Assembly: GCA_902472555.1 (NCBI GenBank)
Contig: CABROF010000002.1
Coordinates: 28,404-92,403, forward strand
Reading direction: 5' to 3'
Length of the DNA: 64,000 nt
Source of the DNA: an uncultured Oscillospiraceae bacterium
Lineage (GTDB): Bacteria; Bacillota; Clostridia; UBA1212; UBA1255
The translations under genes and the position numbers were made by a program. Below, one piece after another: positions 9,874-19,166 of the stretch; position 1 is the first letter of the stretch, and each line of letters opens with the position of its first letter. Under the pieces are notes generated by a model. It had not been told where the DNA came from. It was given only the letters and a program-made list of their open reading frames with translations, and did not search any database.

Positions 9874-11082
9874 TTATGGTTTCACAGCAGCAAATGATAC
9901 CTGGAATTGATCGATCACATAGGACACATCATCATCTGTGAGCAAAGTATGCAGCGGCAGCGTAATTTCATTTTCATACTGCCGGTATGCATGGGGAAAG
10001 TCAGCAATCTCAAAGCCGGCGTTCCGATAGGCCGTCATCATGGGCAGCGGTTTGTAGTGCACGTTTGCCGAAACACCGTTTTGCGCAAGATCTGCAATAA
10101 TTTCATTTCGCTGTGCCTCCCCGATTCCCGGAACACGCACCAAATATAAATGACCGCTTGATGTAAAATCACCGCCGGAATGTACAAGCCGCAGTATGCC
10201 GAGCCGATCCATAGCAGCATCATAGCAGCGGATTATTTCATGCCGCCGTGCCAGAATTTTTGCATACCGTTCCAGCTGCTTCAGGCCCACTGCCGCCAAA
10301 ATATCCGTCATATTGCATTTATAGCCCAACGTCATAATATCGTATTCCCAGGCGCCCGGTTTTAATTTTGAAAATGCATCTTTCGTTTGTCCGTGAAGCG
10401 CATGCAGCATGTATTCCCTGTAAAGCGCATCCTGATCCAATCCGGGCCGTTCCCGCCATACCGCGGCGCCGCCCTCTGCCGTGGTTAAATTTTTGACCGC
10501 GTGAAAGCTGAAGCAGGTACAGTCCGCTGCCTGCCCGCTGCGCTGCCCTTTACGTACGGCGCCGAAGCTGTGCGCACCGTCAGCCAGCACAAAAATCCGT
10601 CCGAAAAGCGCCTGCAGATCATTTGCCGGTACGAATAAATGCTTTTTTGACTCTACTGCCTGATAAATCTTATCATAATCGCACATCTTTCCGCCCAAAT
10701 CCACCGGAATCACAGCTTTTGTCCGTTCCGTAATCAGCTCCGGCAGCTGCTCGTAATCCATTTCAAAGGAGTCCGGTGCCGTATCCGCAAGCACGATTTT
10801 CGCGCCCACATGCGCGATTACCGCGGCTGTAGCTGTATAAGTATACGCGGAAGTAATCACTTCATCTCCCGGCCCGATTCCTAAGACACGCAGTGTAATC
10901 TCCATTGCAGCTGTGGCCGAATTCAGGCACACCGCCCGGGGACAGCCCGTATATGCGGCAAGCTTTTCTTCCAGCAATTTTGTGCGCGGTCCAGTAGTGA
11001 TCCACCCCGACCGCAGCGCCTGTACGACTTCTTCAATTTCCGCGTCGCCGATATCCGGCGGCGAAAAAGGTATTTTTCTCAT
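9874..11082 (-). CDS. DegT/DnrJ/EryC1/StrS family PLP-dependent sugar aminotransferase
   Basis: N-terminal PFSPPDIGDAEIEEVVQALRSGWITTGP and a PLP-lysine region (HAVKN), typical of PglE/ArnB-like enzymes. Confidence 0.8.
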   Translation of the reverse strand: MRKIPFSPPDIGDAEIEEVVQALRSGWITTGPRTKLLEEKLAAYTGCPRAVCLNSATAAMEITLRVLGIGPGDEVITSAYTYTATAAVIAHVGAKIVLADTAPDSFEMDYEQLPELITERTKAVIPVDLGGKMCDYDKIYQAVESKKHLFVPANDLQALFGRIFVLADGAHSFGAVRKGQRSGQAADCTCFSFHAVKNLTTAEGGAAVWRERPGLDQDALYREYMLHALHGQTKDAFSKLKPGAWEYDIMTLGYKCNMTDILAAVGLKQLERYAKILARRHEIIRCYDAAMDRLGILRLVHSGGDFTSSGHLYLVRVPGIGEAQRNEIIADLAQNGVSANVHYKPLPMMTAYRNAGFEIADFPHAYRQYENEITLPLHTLLTDDDVSYVIDQFQVSFAAVKP

Positions 11083-11205
11083 ATGATTCTGTATCCCCTT
11101 TATGTTTGAGCTGCAGCATCAAACCTTTTGTATTATATCCTAAAATCAGGATTTGTAAATACGCGGAAGGCTGCCGCCGAATGACACCATAGCAGGCTGA
11201 ATACA

Positions 11206-11262
11206 GCAAAAGAAGAAATCGCCGGGGCGTCAAAAGCGGCGCCGGTAGATTTCTTCTTTTGC
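11206..11262. repeat. Large perfect inverted repeat (15-bp arms gcaaaagaagaaatc / gatttcttcttttgc, GC-rich 27-nt interior)
   Basis: Seen directly in the sequence. Lies about 100 nt downstream of the sigma/anti-sigma operon with no clean U-tract. Confidence 0.5.
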
Positions 11263-11363
11263 AATGCCTCAGGGCTATAATACTGTGCGCAAAGCCGGCG
11301 GCCCTTATGCGGCGTTTTATAACAGCCGTTTTTTATAAGGCGGCGCTGGCTTTAAAGGTACCG

Positions 11364-12353
11364 TTATTCAGCTGTAGCAGACGCCTGATCACTGTCCGTA
11401 TATACGATCTCATATCCGGTACAGGTTTCAATCACATAATTTACAAAGGCCTGCGCCTTTTCTTCGCCGATGTAAAACGCCTTCTTTGTATCAAGAATAT
11501 TGGTCTCAAGATAGCCGTCCTCCGTAATCCAAAAAGCAATGTTTTTATATCCGAGCAAAGGAATATCTACGCCGATATCCATTAATTTTACAGGGATATA
11601 CGTCTGCGGATTATGTGCGGTATTCACAAGGGAGGGATCAGATAAAAGCATTTCCCATACCGCAGCGTCTGCTAAGTCTGTAAACTCAACGGTGCTGAAA
11701 CGCTCCCCGTTCCAGGAATGCGTATACCAAGCAGAACCGAAGGAAACGGTTTCTCTTAAATTCAAAGCTTCCAGAAATTCACCCAGGGTCTTCGGCTGAT
11801 AGTACGAATTCACATAAACATAATAATCGTTTTCACCCTCAAATTGCAGCGCCACGGCGCATGCATCCGATATGCCGTTAATTGCATAAAGAGAAGCGGC
11901 AGCAGTATATTCCTTCTCTGTATACACATCCACGCCTTTTAATGTTGCCGTACCGAGGGCAGCGCCGATCATATCAGCAGATATTTCCGTAACGCGGCTG
12001 GAATACCGCTCATGCCGATATTCTGCTTCAAAGAACTGCTGGCAAATCGCCATTTCCTCCCAGCGGGGAACCGGAAATCCCACCTCGCCCTTATCGTCAC
12101 GCGGCATCTCCTTAATCATCCATCCATGATCTTCAACGCTTTTTCCGGGGGTTTTTGTAAAAAGACCACCCTGAACGGCAAAAATGGTACCGATGAGCAG
12201 CAGGCAAAAGCACGCTGCAGCAACGCTCCACTTGATCCAGTCCCGATGCTTGGGCGTTTTTGTCTTTGGCGCCGCTTCTTCCTTTGGCGCCGCTTCTGCA
12301 ATCAGCGCATCATCGATCTCATTCAAGATGTGCAGCATACGTTTATTTTTCAT
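11364..12353 (-). CDS. Putative anti-sigma factor (membrane-anchored, uncharacterized extracytoplasmic domain)
   Basis: Short cytoplasmic N-terminus, single TM (WSVAAACFCLLLIGTIFAV). Start overlaps the upstream sigma-factor stop (ATGA). Confidence 0.5.
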   Translation of the reverse strand: MKNKRMLHILNEIDDALIAEAAPKEEAAPKTKTPKHRDWIKWSVAAACFCLLLIGTIFAVQGGLFTKTPGKSVEDHGWMIKEMPRDDKGEVGFPVPRWEEMAICQQFFEAEYRHERYSSRVTEISADMIGAALGTATLKGVDVYTEKEYTAAASLYAINGISDACAVALQFEGENDYYVYVNSYYQPKTLGEFLEALNLRETVSFGSAWYTHSWNGERFSTVEFTDLADAAVWEMLLSDPSLVNTAHNPQTYIPVKLMDIGVDIPLLGYKNIAFWITEDGYLETNILDTKKAFYIGEEKAQAFVNYVIETCTGYEIVYTDSDQASATAE

Positions 12354-12919
12354 ATCTCAATCCCCTCTTTCTCTAAAAAAAGCTTCAAACGGCCGCGCAG
12401 TCTAAGCAATACCATTTTCACTTTACTTTCGCTTACGGAAAAATCCTGCGCAATTTCTTTAACCGAGCTCAGATACCAATACCTTCTTACAAATATTTTA
12501 CGGCTGTCTGCCGGCAGCGACCAAAGAAAACGATTGATGGCCTCTTTTAAGACAAGCTCCTCTGCCGCGGAAGCGATATGATCCGCTGCCGGAATACACG
12601 CCTCTAATTCGTCCAAAGCAAGCGCAACCGCAGCACAGCCTCTTTTCTTGGCATGATTTTTCTCATACCGATCCAATGCAAGATTGCGCGTAATTTTACC
12701 GAGAAACGAAGCCAGATGTTCCGGCCGGTGCGGCGGCATTGCCGCCCATGCCTTCAGATAAGTGTCATTGGTGCATTCTTCCGCATCTTCATCGCAGCAA
12801 AGAATATGATATGCAATGGAATGGCAGTATCGTCCGTATTTTTTCTGCGTTTCGGATATAGCAGCATCAGCGCGCGCCCAATATAAATCAACGATCTGCT
12901 TATCCTCCACTGTCAACAC
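12350..12919 (-). CDS. RNA polymerase sigma-70 family (ECF-type) sigma factor
   Basis: Region 2 (DTYLKAWAAM) and region 4 HTH (SVKEIAQDFSVSESKVKMVLLRLRGRL). Confidence 0.75.
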   Translation of the reverse strand: MLTVEDKQIVDLYWARADAAISETQKKYGRYCHSIAYHILCCDEDAEECTNDTYLKAWAAMPPHRPEHLASFLGKITRNLALDRYEKNHAKKRGCAAVALALDELEACIPAADHIASAAEELVLKEAINRFLWSLPADSRKIFVRRYWYLSSVKEIAQDFSVSESKVKMVLLRLRGRLKLFLEKEGIEI

Positions 12920-13057
12920 TTCCTTTCGTCTTATAAAGGCCTTTCGCCTTAATACACGGAAACCGCACTGCGTCCGTCACTGCTTTCAAAAAATTTTTTC
13001 AAGACGTTCATGATAGCAAGCAGATATGATAAAGGGTACCCGAAATCCCGTCAAATA

Positions 13058-13110
13058 ATAAAAACCGATACACTGTGCTTTTTAAAAGCACGGCAGGTAT
13101 CGGTTTCATT
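13058..13110 (-). terminator. Rho-independent terminator downstream of rhaB
   Basis: Hairpin aaaaccgatac...gtgcttttt/aaaagcac...gtatcggttt followed by a T-run on the minus strand. Confidence 0.55.
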
Positions 13111-13149
13111 GCAAATGCGGCAGGCAGGGTCAGAAAAGTATAACAGCTC

Positions 13150-14625
13150 CTACCTTTTCTGCAGCTTCAGCAGCACGCCGTAAGCATCCTCCCAGGCGGC
13201 CGTATCAGCAGGTATATATTCCTCCATGGGGAAGGAATTGCGCACCACCTCTCTGGCCTGGGCCAGACTGCCTACCTCTCCCAAGGAAATCAGCTGTGCG
13301 GACAGATTCCCGATGGCCGTTGCCTCAATCGGACCCGCATAAACAGGACGATGAATGGCATTGGCAGTAAACTGGCTCAAAATTCTGTTCTTGCAGCCGC
13401 CGCCCACAATATGAAGCGCCGGGATCCGGTAGCCGACAATGGCCTCAAGCCCTTCAATGGCCTGCCTGTATTTTAACGCCAAGCTTTCCATCACACAGCG
13501 CGTAATCTCGCCTTTGGTCTGCGGCACGGATTGGTTGGTTTCCCGGCAGTATTCCTGAATCTTCTGGGGCATATGGTTCGGCTCGAAGAATCGCAGATCA
13601 TCCACATCAATAATGCTGGCAAAGGGTTTTGCCGCCATTGCGCCGGCATCTAATTCATCAAAGGACACTGACTCGCCGAGCTTCTCCCAATGACGTTTGC
13701 ATTCCTGGTGGATCCACAAGCCCATGATATTTTTCAGCAGACGTACATTGTTATTAAAGCCGCCCTCGTTCGTATAATTCAATTCCCGCGTCGTGTCATT
13801 GATAATGGGCTGTTCCAGCTCCACACCCAGCAGCGACCAAGTACCACTGCTCAGATAAGCGCTCTTTTTATCTATAAACGGCACGGACACCACCGCGCTG
13901 CCCGTATCATGCTCCGCTACGGCGATAACCGGGATAGACGGTACGCCAAGCTCCTCGCACACTGTGCGCGACAGACCGCCGAGCTTTGTTCCGGCAGGAA
14001 TCACCTCCGGTAAAATATCCGTCGGAATCCGGCTGTTCAGCGCCTGCATCAGTTCCTTTGCCCAGCAGCCGCGGATAGGATCATACATCTGCGACGTGCT
14101 TGTAATCGTATATTCACAGTACTTCTCTCCGGTCAGAAAATAGTTGAACAGGTCCGGAATGAACAGTAGTGTATCCGCATTTTTGAGAAATACGCTGTCC
14201 TCCTCGGCCATTGCCAGCAGCTGATAAAGCGTATTAAATTTCTGAAAGGCGATACCCGTAGTATCAAAAATCTGCTTTGCAGAAAGACGGCTGCAGGCCA
14301 GCTCGATCATGCCGTCCGTCCTGTTATCGCGGTAATGGACCGGATTTCCCAGCAGTTCTCCCTTTTTGCTCAGCAGACCGAAATCCACCCCCCAGGTATC
14401 AATACCAATGGAAGCAATCTCCGTGTGTCCCGCATGATAAGTCCTTGTAATCCCCTTCTTCAGTTCATGGAACAGCCGCAGAAAATCCCAAGTAAAGGTT
14501 TGGTTCATAAAAACCGGATCACTCGAGAAGCGATGCGTTTCCGTCAGGGACAATACAGATCCGTCAAATGTACCTAAAATCGCTCTTCCGCTGCTGGCGC
14601 CATAGTCAAATGCTAATAATTTCAT
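13150..14625 (-). CDS. rhaB: Rhamnulokinase (FGGY carbohydrate kinase)
   Basis: MKLLAFDYGASSGRAILG start with an AAGGGAGG RBS. FGGY N- and C-domains; rhamnulokinase-like throughout. Confidence 0.8.
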   Translation of the reverse strand: MKLLAFDYGASSGRAILGTFDGSVLSLTETHRFSSDPVFMNQTFTWDFLRLFHELKKGITRTYHAGHTEIASIGIDTWGVDFGLLSKKGELLGNPVHYRDNRTDGMIELACSRLSAKQIFDTTGIAFQKFNTLYQLLAMAEEDSVFLKNADTLLFIPDLFNYFLTGEKYCEYTITSTSQMYDPIRGCWAKELMQALNSRIPTDILPEVIPAGTKLGGLSRTVCEELGVPSIPVIAVAEHDTGSAVVSVPFIDKKSAYLSSGTWSLLGVELEQPIINDTTRELNYTNEGGFNNNVRLLKNIMGLWIHQECKRHWEKLGESVSFDELDAGAMAAKPFASIIDVDDLRFFEPNHMPQKIQEYCRETNQSVPQTKGEITRCVMESLALKYRQAIEGLEAIVGYRIPALHIVGGGCKNRILSQFTANAIHRPVYAGPIEATAIGNLSAQLISLGEVGSLAQAREVVRNSFPMEEYIPADTAAWEDAYGVLLKLQKR

Positions 14626-14656
14626 AGCAACCTCCCTTTTCATGAGTCTGTTCCCA

Positions 14657-15919
14657 TCAGATCTGCTTTGCATGGTTCAGCAGATAGCGCTCCGCCTCCG
14701 CACTCCACAGCCCGTTATGCCGGCCGCAGATCTCGGCAAGCGCCGCAAACAGCGGATCGGTCTCCCCTGCCTTTTCAAAATCAGCAATCGCAGTCAAGGG
14801 CAGGTCGATGTTTGTGTAAATCAATTTCTTCCCGCCCGGAATCGAAGGCAGGTTCAGAACCGTGTCCACAACGCAGTTCAGGCCTCCGATATGCGTGATC
14901 ATAGAGGCCGTATTCAAAAGTCCTTTTCCCATCATGGACAAAGACTCAATCATGTCATCCGTATTTCCGCCGCTGGTACCCACCAAGTGCGTGGAAGCGT
15001 AATGAACATTATAAAAATTGAGTTCCGCCATAAATTGTGCCTTGGAGGGACCGGCAAAAAAGTTCAGGCAGCCATCCTTTCCCAGCAATCTGTCTCCCAT
15101 TTCCACAACCGGACGCACAGGCGCAAATACCATGACGTCGTCAAAGCCCCTGCCCCCCGTTAAATCCATGATATACTGCTCCGCATTTTCAACTGCCGCG
15201 GTGTTGACATATACAAGCTTCACGCCGTTTTTCGCTGCCTCTTCTACCGTATATATAGAAGCCGCCCGCTTCAGCCTTGCATCGTCGATATCCGTTACCA
15301 CCAGCAGACCCGGTTTTCTGTCACAGTGGATCGCATAATCAATGGCGCCGATTCCCATGGGACCCACACCCGCCAGGATTGCCATATTTCCGCCCTCGAC
15401 AATGCCCATCTGATGTACATAGCTTCCGGCAGTCGTATGATACATTGCATGGAATGTACCGACGATGCACGACATCGGCTCGGCAACGCTGCCATAGAAA
15501 AAGGAGTCATTATTGTACTCCAGCAGGCAGTTCATTTCCATAACCTCGTTCGGAATCACGACGTAAGTTGCGGAACCGCCGATATATTGGTAAGAATATC
15601 CCGGCGCATCCAGACTCCCTTTATAATTCAGCGCCGGCTGGATTGCAAATTTTTGGCCGACGCGGAACTGATTCTGCCATTTTGCCCCCACCTCTACGAT
15701 CTCACCGCAGAATTCATGGCCGATGATCACCGGCTTCTCCGCCACATTGTCCGGTACTCTTTTATGATCGCTGCCCTGCTTGGCGGCCTTATAAGACGAC
15801 ATGCACACGCTGTCAGAAATAATATGCGCCAGAATCTCGTCGTCCTTGATTCGGGGCAGTTCAAATTCCTCCAAACGCAAATCCTCTTTCCCATACAACC
15901 GAACTGCTTTTGTTTTCAT
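14657..15919 (-). CDS. Zinc-dependent alcohol/polyol dehydrogenase (MDR family), co-operonic with rhaB
   Basis: GHEFCGEIVEVG zinc motif and GVGPMGIGAI Rossmann. Start set at MKTKAVRLYG (ATG 15919) with AGGAGG. Confidence 0.75.
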   Translation of the reverse strand: MKTKAVRLYGKEDLRLEEFELPRIKDDEILAHIISDSVCMSSYKAAKQGSDHKRVPDNVAEKPVIIGHEFCGEIVEVGAKWQNQFRVGQKFAIQPALNYKGSLDAPGYSYQYIGGSATYVVIPNEVMEMNCLLEYNNDSFFYGSVAEPMSCIVGTFHAMYHTTAGSYVHQMGIVEGGNMAILAGVGPMGIGAIDYAIHCDRKPGLLVVTDIDDARLKRAASIYTVEEAAKNGVKLVYVNTAAVENAEQYIMDLTGGRGFDDVMVFAPVRPVVEMGDRLLGKDGCLNFFAGPSKAQFMAELNFYNVHYASTHLVGTSGGNTDDMIESLSMMGKGLLNTASMITHIGGLNCVVDTVLNLPSIPGGKKLIYTNIDLPLTAIADFEKAGETDPLFAALAEICGRHNGLWSAEAERYLLNHAKQI

Positions 15920-16148
15920 CTCAAGATCCTCCTGTACTATGTATCTCTGGTTAACAAAATAAACATAAAAAATGCCGTAACCGATTGTACCACACCCGGA
16001 CAAAAAATCCAATCCTAATATTTCAGCGCAGCCTGCCGCAAAAGCATTTTACAATCTCAGACTCAATCTCAACACCCCTTTCCAAAAAAAGCGCCGTTTT
16101 CTTTGGCTGCCCGTACCGTACATCTCTGCCGTAAAAACAGAGTGAGAC

Positions 16149-16177
16149 TTGTTATCCCTGCCATAATATAGTACAAT
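16149..16177 (+). promoter_or_regulatory. Sigma-70-like promoter for gpmI (TTGTTA-N17-TACAAT)
   Basis: Hexamers at 16149-16154 and 16172-16177, about 40 nt upstream of the gpmI ATG. Confidence 0.4.
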
Positions 16178-16216
16178 ATAAGTGTTTTGACTTATTTCAA
16201 TCAGGAGGTTTCAGAT

Positions 16217-17869
16217 ATGAAGCAATATAAAGGACCAATCGTGACCATCATCATGGACGGGGTCGGACTGAGCAAAAATGAAGAGGGAAATGCAGTCAGA
16301 CTGGCCCATACGCCTACCTTGAATAAATTGATGGCCGAATATCCCTGGGTGCCGCTGAAAGCCCACGGAACAGCCGTAGGGCTTCCTTCCGACGAGGATA
16401 TGGGCAACTCCGAGGTCGGTCATAATGCCATCGGTGCCGGTGCGGTATACAGTCAAGGTGCCAAGCTGGTAAACGAATCTATTGAAAGCGGCGCAATGTT
16501 CCGCGCATCGGGCTGGCGTGAAATCATCGAGAATGTGAAGCAAAATCATTCTACGCTGCATTTCCTCGGCTTATTCTCTGACGGTAACGTGCATTCCCAT
16601 ATCAACCATTTAAAAGCAATGATCAAGCAGGCAAAAGCAGAAGGCGTATCCTGTGTCAGAGTCCACATTCTGCTGGACGGCCGGGATGTGGGGGAAACCT
16701 CTGCGTTAGATTATGTACTGCCTTTTGAAACTTTTATCGATGCCCTCCGGGCCCCTGATTTTGATGTAAAAATTGCTTCCGGAGGCGGCAGAATGTCAAT
16801 TACCATGGACCGCTACGAGGCAGATTGGTCTATGGTCGCCCGTGGATGGGATACACATGTATGCGGTGAGGGCAGAATGTTTCTTTCCGCGGCAGAAGCC
16901 ATCGAAACATACCGCAAAGAATCGGGCTGTATTGATCAGGACCTGCCGGCATTCGTTATCGGCGAGCCGGTAAACGGCGTTATGCGGCCCGTGGGAAAAA
17001 TCAACGACGGAGACAGCGTCATCTTCTTTAACTTCAGAGGCGACCGTGCCCTTGAGATCAGCAGAGCCTTTGAGGATCCGTCTCTGCAGACCTTTCAGCG
17101 AACGTATTTTCCGAAGGTATGCTATGCCGGTATGCTCCAGTATGACGGAGATCTTCATATTCCCTCCCGTTTCTTAGTGAATCCGCCCTCTATCTCCAAT
17201 ACCATGGGAGAACTGCTGGCCAAAAACGGAATCGGACAGCTTGCCATTGCGGAAACACAGAAATTCGGCCATGTGACATATTTCTGGAACGGCAATAAAA
17301 GCGGAAAATTTGATGAATCCCTGGAAACCTACATCGAAGTGCCCTCTGACGTCATTCCGTTTGAGCAGCGCCCTTGGATGAAAGCCGCACAGGTCACAGA
17401 TCGTTTGATTGATGAGCTTAAATCACAAAACTACAAGTTTGCGCGGGTCAATTTTGCCAACGGCGACATGGTCGGCCATACGGGAAATCTGCTTGCTGCC
17501 GAAATTGCGGTAGAAACAGTTGATCTTTGTCTTTCCAGAATTCTTCCGGTCATCGACAGCCTCGGCGGTATGGCAATTATCACAGCGGATCATGGAAATG
17601 CAGATGAAATGTTTGAAATGAAAAAAGGAAAGATTTCCTATAATCCGGACGGTACGCCGAAAGCAAAGACCGCGCATACGCTGAATCCGGTCCCGTGTAT
17701 TTTTTATGATAATACCGAAAATAAAGACGCATACCGCGTGAAAGGCACAGAGGACCGCACCGTACCCCAGTACGGACTTGCCAATATTGCGGCGACGGTT
17801 GCAGAATTGTTCGGAATTTCTTATCCGGATACATGGTGCGGCAGTATGATTGAAAAAACGGGCATCTGA
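16217..17869 (+). CDS. gpmI: 2,3-bisphosphoglycerate-independent phosphoglycerate mutase
   Basis: MKQYKGPIVTIIMDGVGL N-terminus; AGGAGG RBS 8 nt upstream of ATG 16217. iPGM metalloenzyme motifs. Confidence 0.9.
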   Translation: MKQYKGPIVTIIMDGVGLSKNEEGNAVRLAHTPTLNKLMAEYPWVPLKAHGTAVGLPSDEDMGNSEVGHNAIGAGAVYSQGAKLVNESIESGAMFRASGWREIIENVKQNHSTLHFLGLFSDGNVHSHINHLKAMIKQAKAEGVSCVRVHILLDGRDVGETSALDYVLPFETFIDALRAPDFDVKIASGGGRMSITMDRYEADWSMVARGWDTHVCGEGRMFLSAAEAIETYRKESGCIDQDLPAFVIGEPVNGVMRPVGKINDGDSVIFFNFRGDRALEISRAFEDPSLQTFQRTYFPKVCYAGMLQYDGDLHIPSRFLVNPPSISNTMGELLAKNGIGQLAIAETQKFGHVTYFWNGNKSGKFDESLETYIEVPSDVIPFEQRPWMKAAQVTDRLIDELKSQNYKFARVNFANGDMVGHTGNLLAAEIAVETVDLCLSRILPVIDSLGGMAIITADHGNADEMFEMKKGKISYNPDGTPKAKTAHTLNPVPCIFYDNTENKDAYRVKGTEDRTVPQYGLANIAATVAELFGISYPDTWCGSMIEKTGI

Positions 17870-17905
17870 AAATAAAAATAAATACGAAAGAAAGGATCTA
17901 AACCC

Positions 17906-18406
17906 ATGGCAAGACGCTCGAAAAATGCATTCAATAACACCTCGCGCATAATATTTACGATTCTGTTTATCGCCGCAGGCGTGGTGTTCCATCGCGTTGC
18001 CCCTGCCGAATACCTGCCCATGCAGTTTATCGTCCTTTTGTGCGGTTTTTTGTGCGGCTCCGGATACGGCGCCGCCGCAGGCTTGGTGATGCCGTTTTTT
18101 ACACTTCTTTTTAACGGTGCGCCGACGCTCTGGCCGGATGCAGTCGTTACAGCGTTAGAATTGGGTGCATACGGGTTCCTTCCCGGACTGCTTCCGAAAA
18201 GATGGCATTCCACTATGCGTCTGCTGCTGACCATGCTGGCAGGCAGAGCTGTAATGGGCTTATCCTACTTGATTATTTATGTGCTCCAAGGCAGCGGCTA
18301 CAGCTGGTCCGCTTTCATGGATCATGCGCTGTGGTACGGCCTGATCGGCATAGTGCTGCAGCTTGCTGCAATTCCTTTGATTGCCGCCGCATCGGACAGG
18401 TCTTGA
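17906..18406 (+). CDS. ECF transporter S component (small 5-6 TM substrate-capture protein; ThiW/PF12822-like, substrate unknown)
   Basis: 166 aa, highly hydrophobic. Paralogous to the next gene, sharing the FLCGxxYG...FNG(A/M)P(T/S)L(W/Y)P...ALELG(A/T)YG...LPK(R/K)W pattern. Confidence 0.6.
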   Translation: MARRSKNAFNNTSRIIFTILFIAAGVVFHRVAPAEYLPMQFIVLLCGFLCGSGYGAAAGLVMPFFTLLFNGAPTLWPDAVVTALELGAYGFLPGLLPKRWHSTMRLLLTMLAGRAVMGLSYLIIYVLQGSGYSWSAFMDHALWYGLIGIVLQLAAIPLIAAASDRS

Positions 18407-18619
18407 CAGATATTTTACAGTTGTGCTATTCTATCACTCGTTCATATGGCCGAAGCCTGTGATGTAATCAATACCACGAAGGTATCCGATTTTCCGAAGA
18501 AATCATTTTGATTTCGGAGGTATGCGGCAGTTTCCGCGTATACTCCGCGCGGTCGGATTCCGGTCGTGGTATTTTTTTGCTGCACAAATTTTGAAGGATA
18601 TCAGGAAAGGATTCATTTT

Positions 18620-19141
18620 ATGAAAAAGAATACTACATATCGTATTGTAATGACAGGCCTTATGATGGCCATCGGCGTGGTACTCCCGACTATTTTTCAC
18701 TTTATACCGCAATTCGGTATTATTTTTCTTCCCATGCACATTCCCGTGCTGATCTGCGGTTTTCTCTGCGGCTGGCCCTACGGATTGGTCACAGGTCTGG
18801 CAGTGCCGTTTCTTGGCTGTTTTATCAACGGCATGCCTTCGTTATACCCTACAGCCCTCGTAATGGCACTGGAATTGGGAACCTACGGATTGATTGCCGG
18901 CATATTACCGAAAAAATGGAATGTCAACGTGCGGCTGATCATGGCTATGCTCGCCGGACGTTTAATTTATGGCGCTGCCAACGTTATTTTTGTGGGGCTG
19001 CTGGGAAGCGGGTATGGATGGAGCGCATTTCTTGCCGGCGCGTTTGTAAAAGCACTGCCCGGGATTGCTATCCAGTTGGTTCTGATACCGATTATCGTAG
19101 CAGCAGTGGAAAAGCATATACAGTCCCTTGGCAGGGCTTAA
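18620..19141 (+). CDS. ECF transporter S component, tandem paralog of 17906..18406
   Basis: Start set at MKKNTTYR (ATG 18620, GGAAAGGA RBS); same motif pattern as the upstream paralog. Confidence 0.6.
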   Translation: MKKNTTYRIVMTGLMMAIGVVLPTIFHFIPQFGIIFLPMHIPVLICGFLCGWPYGLVTGLAVPFLGCFINGMPSLYPTALVMALELGTYGLIAGILPKKWNVNVRLIMAMLAGRLIYGAANVIFVGLLGSGYGWSAFLAGAFVKALPGIAIQLVLIPIIVAAVEKHIQSLGRA

Positions 19142-19166
19142 TCACAAAATTCGAACGGAGTATGGA

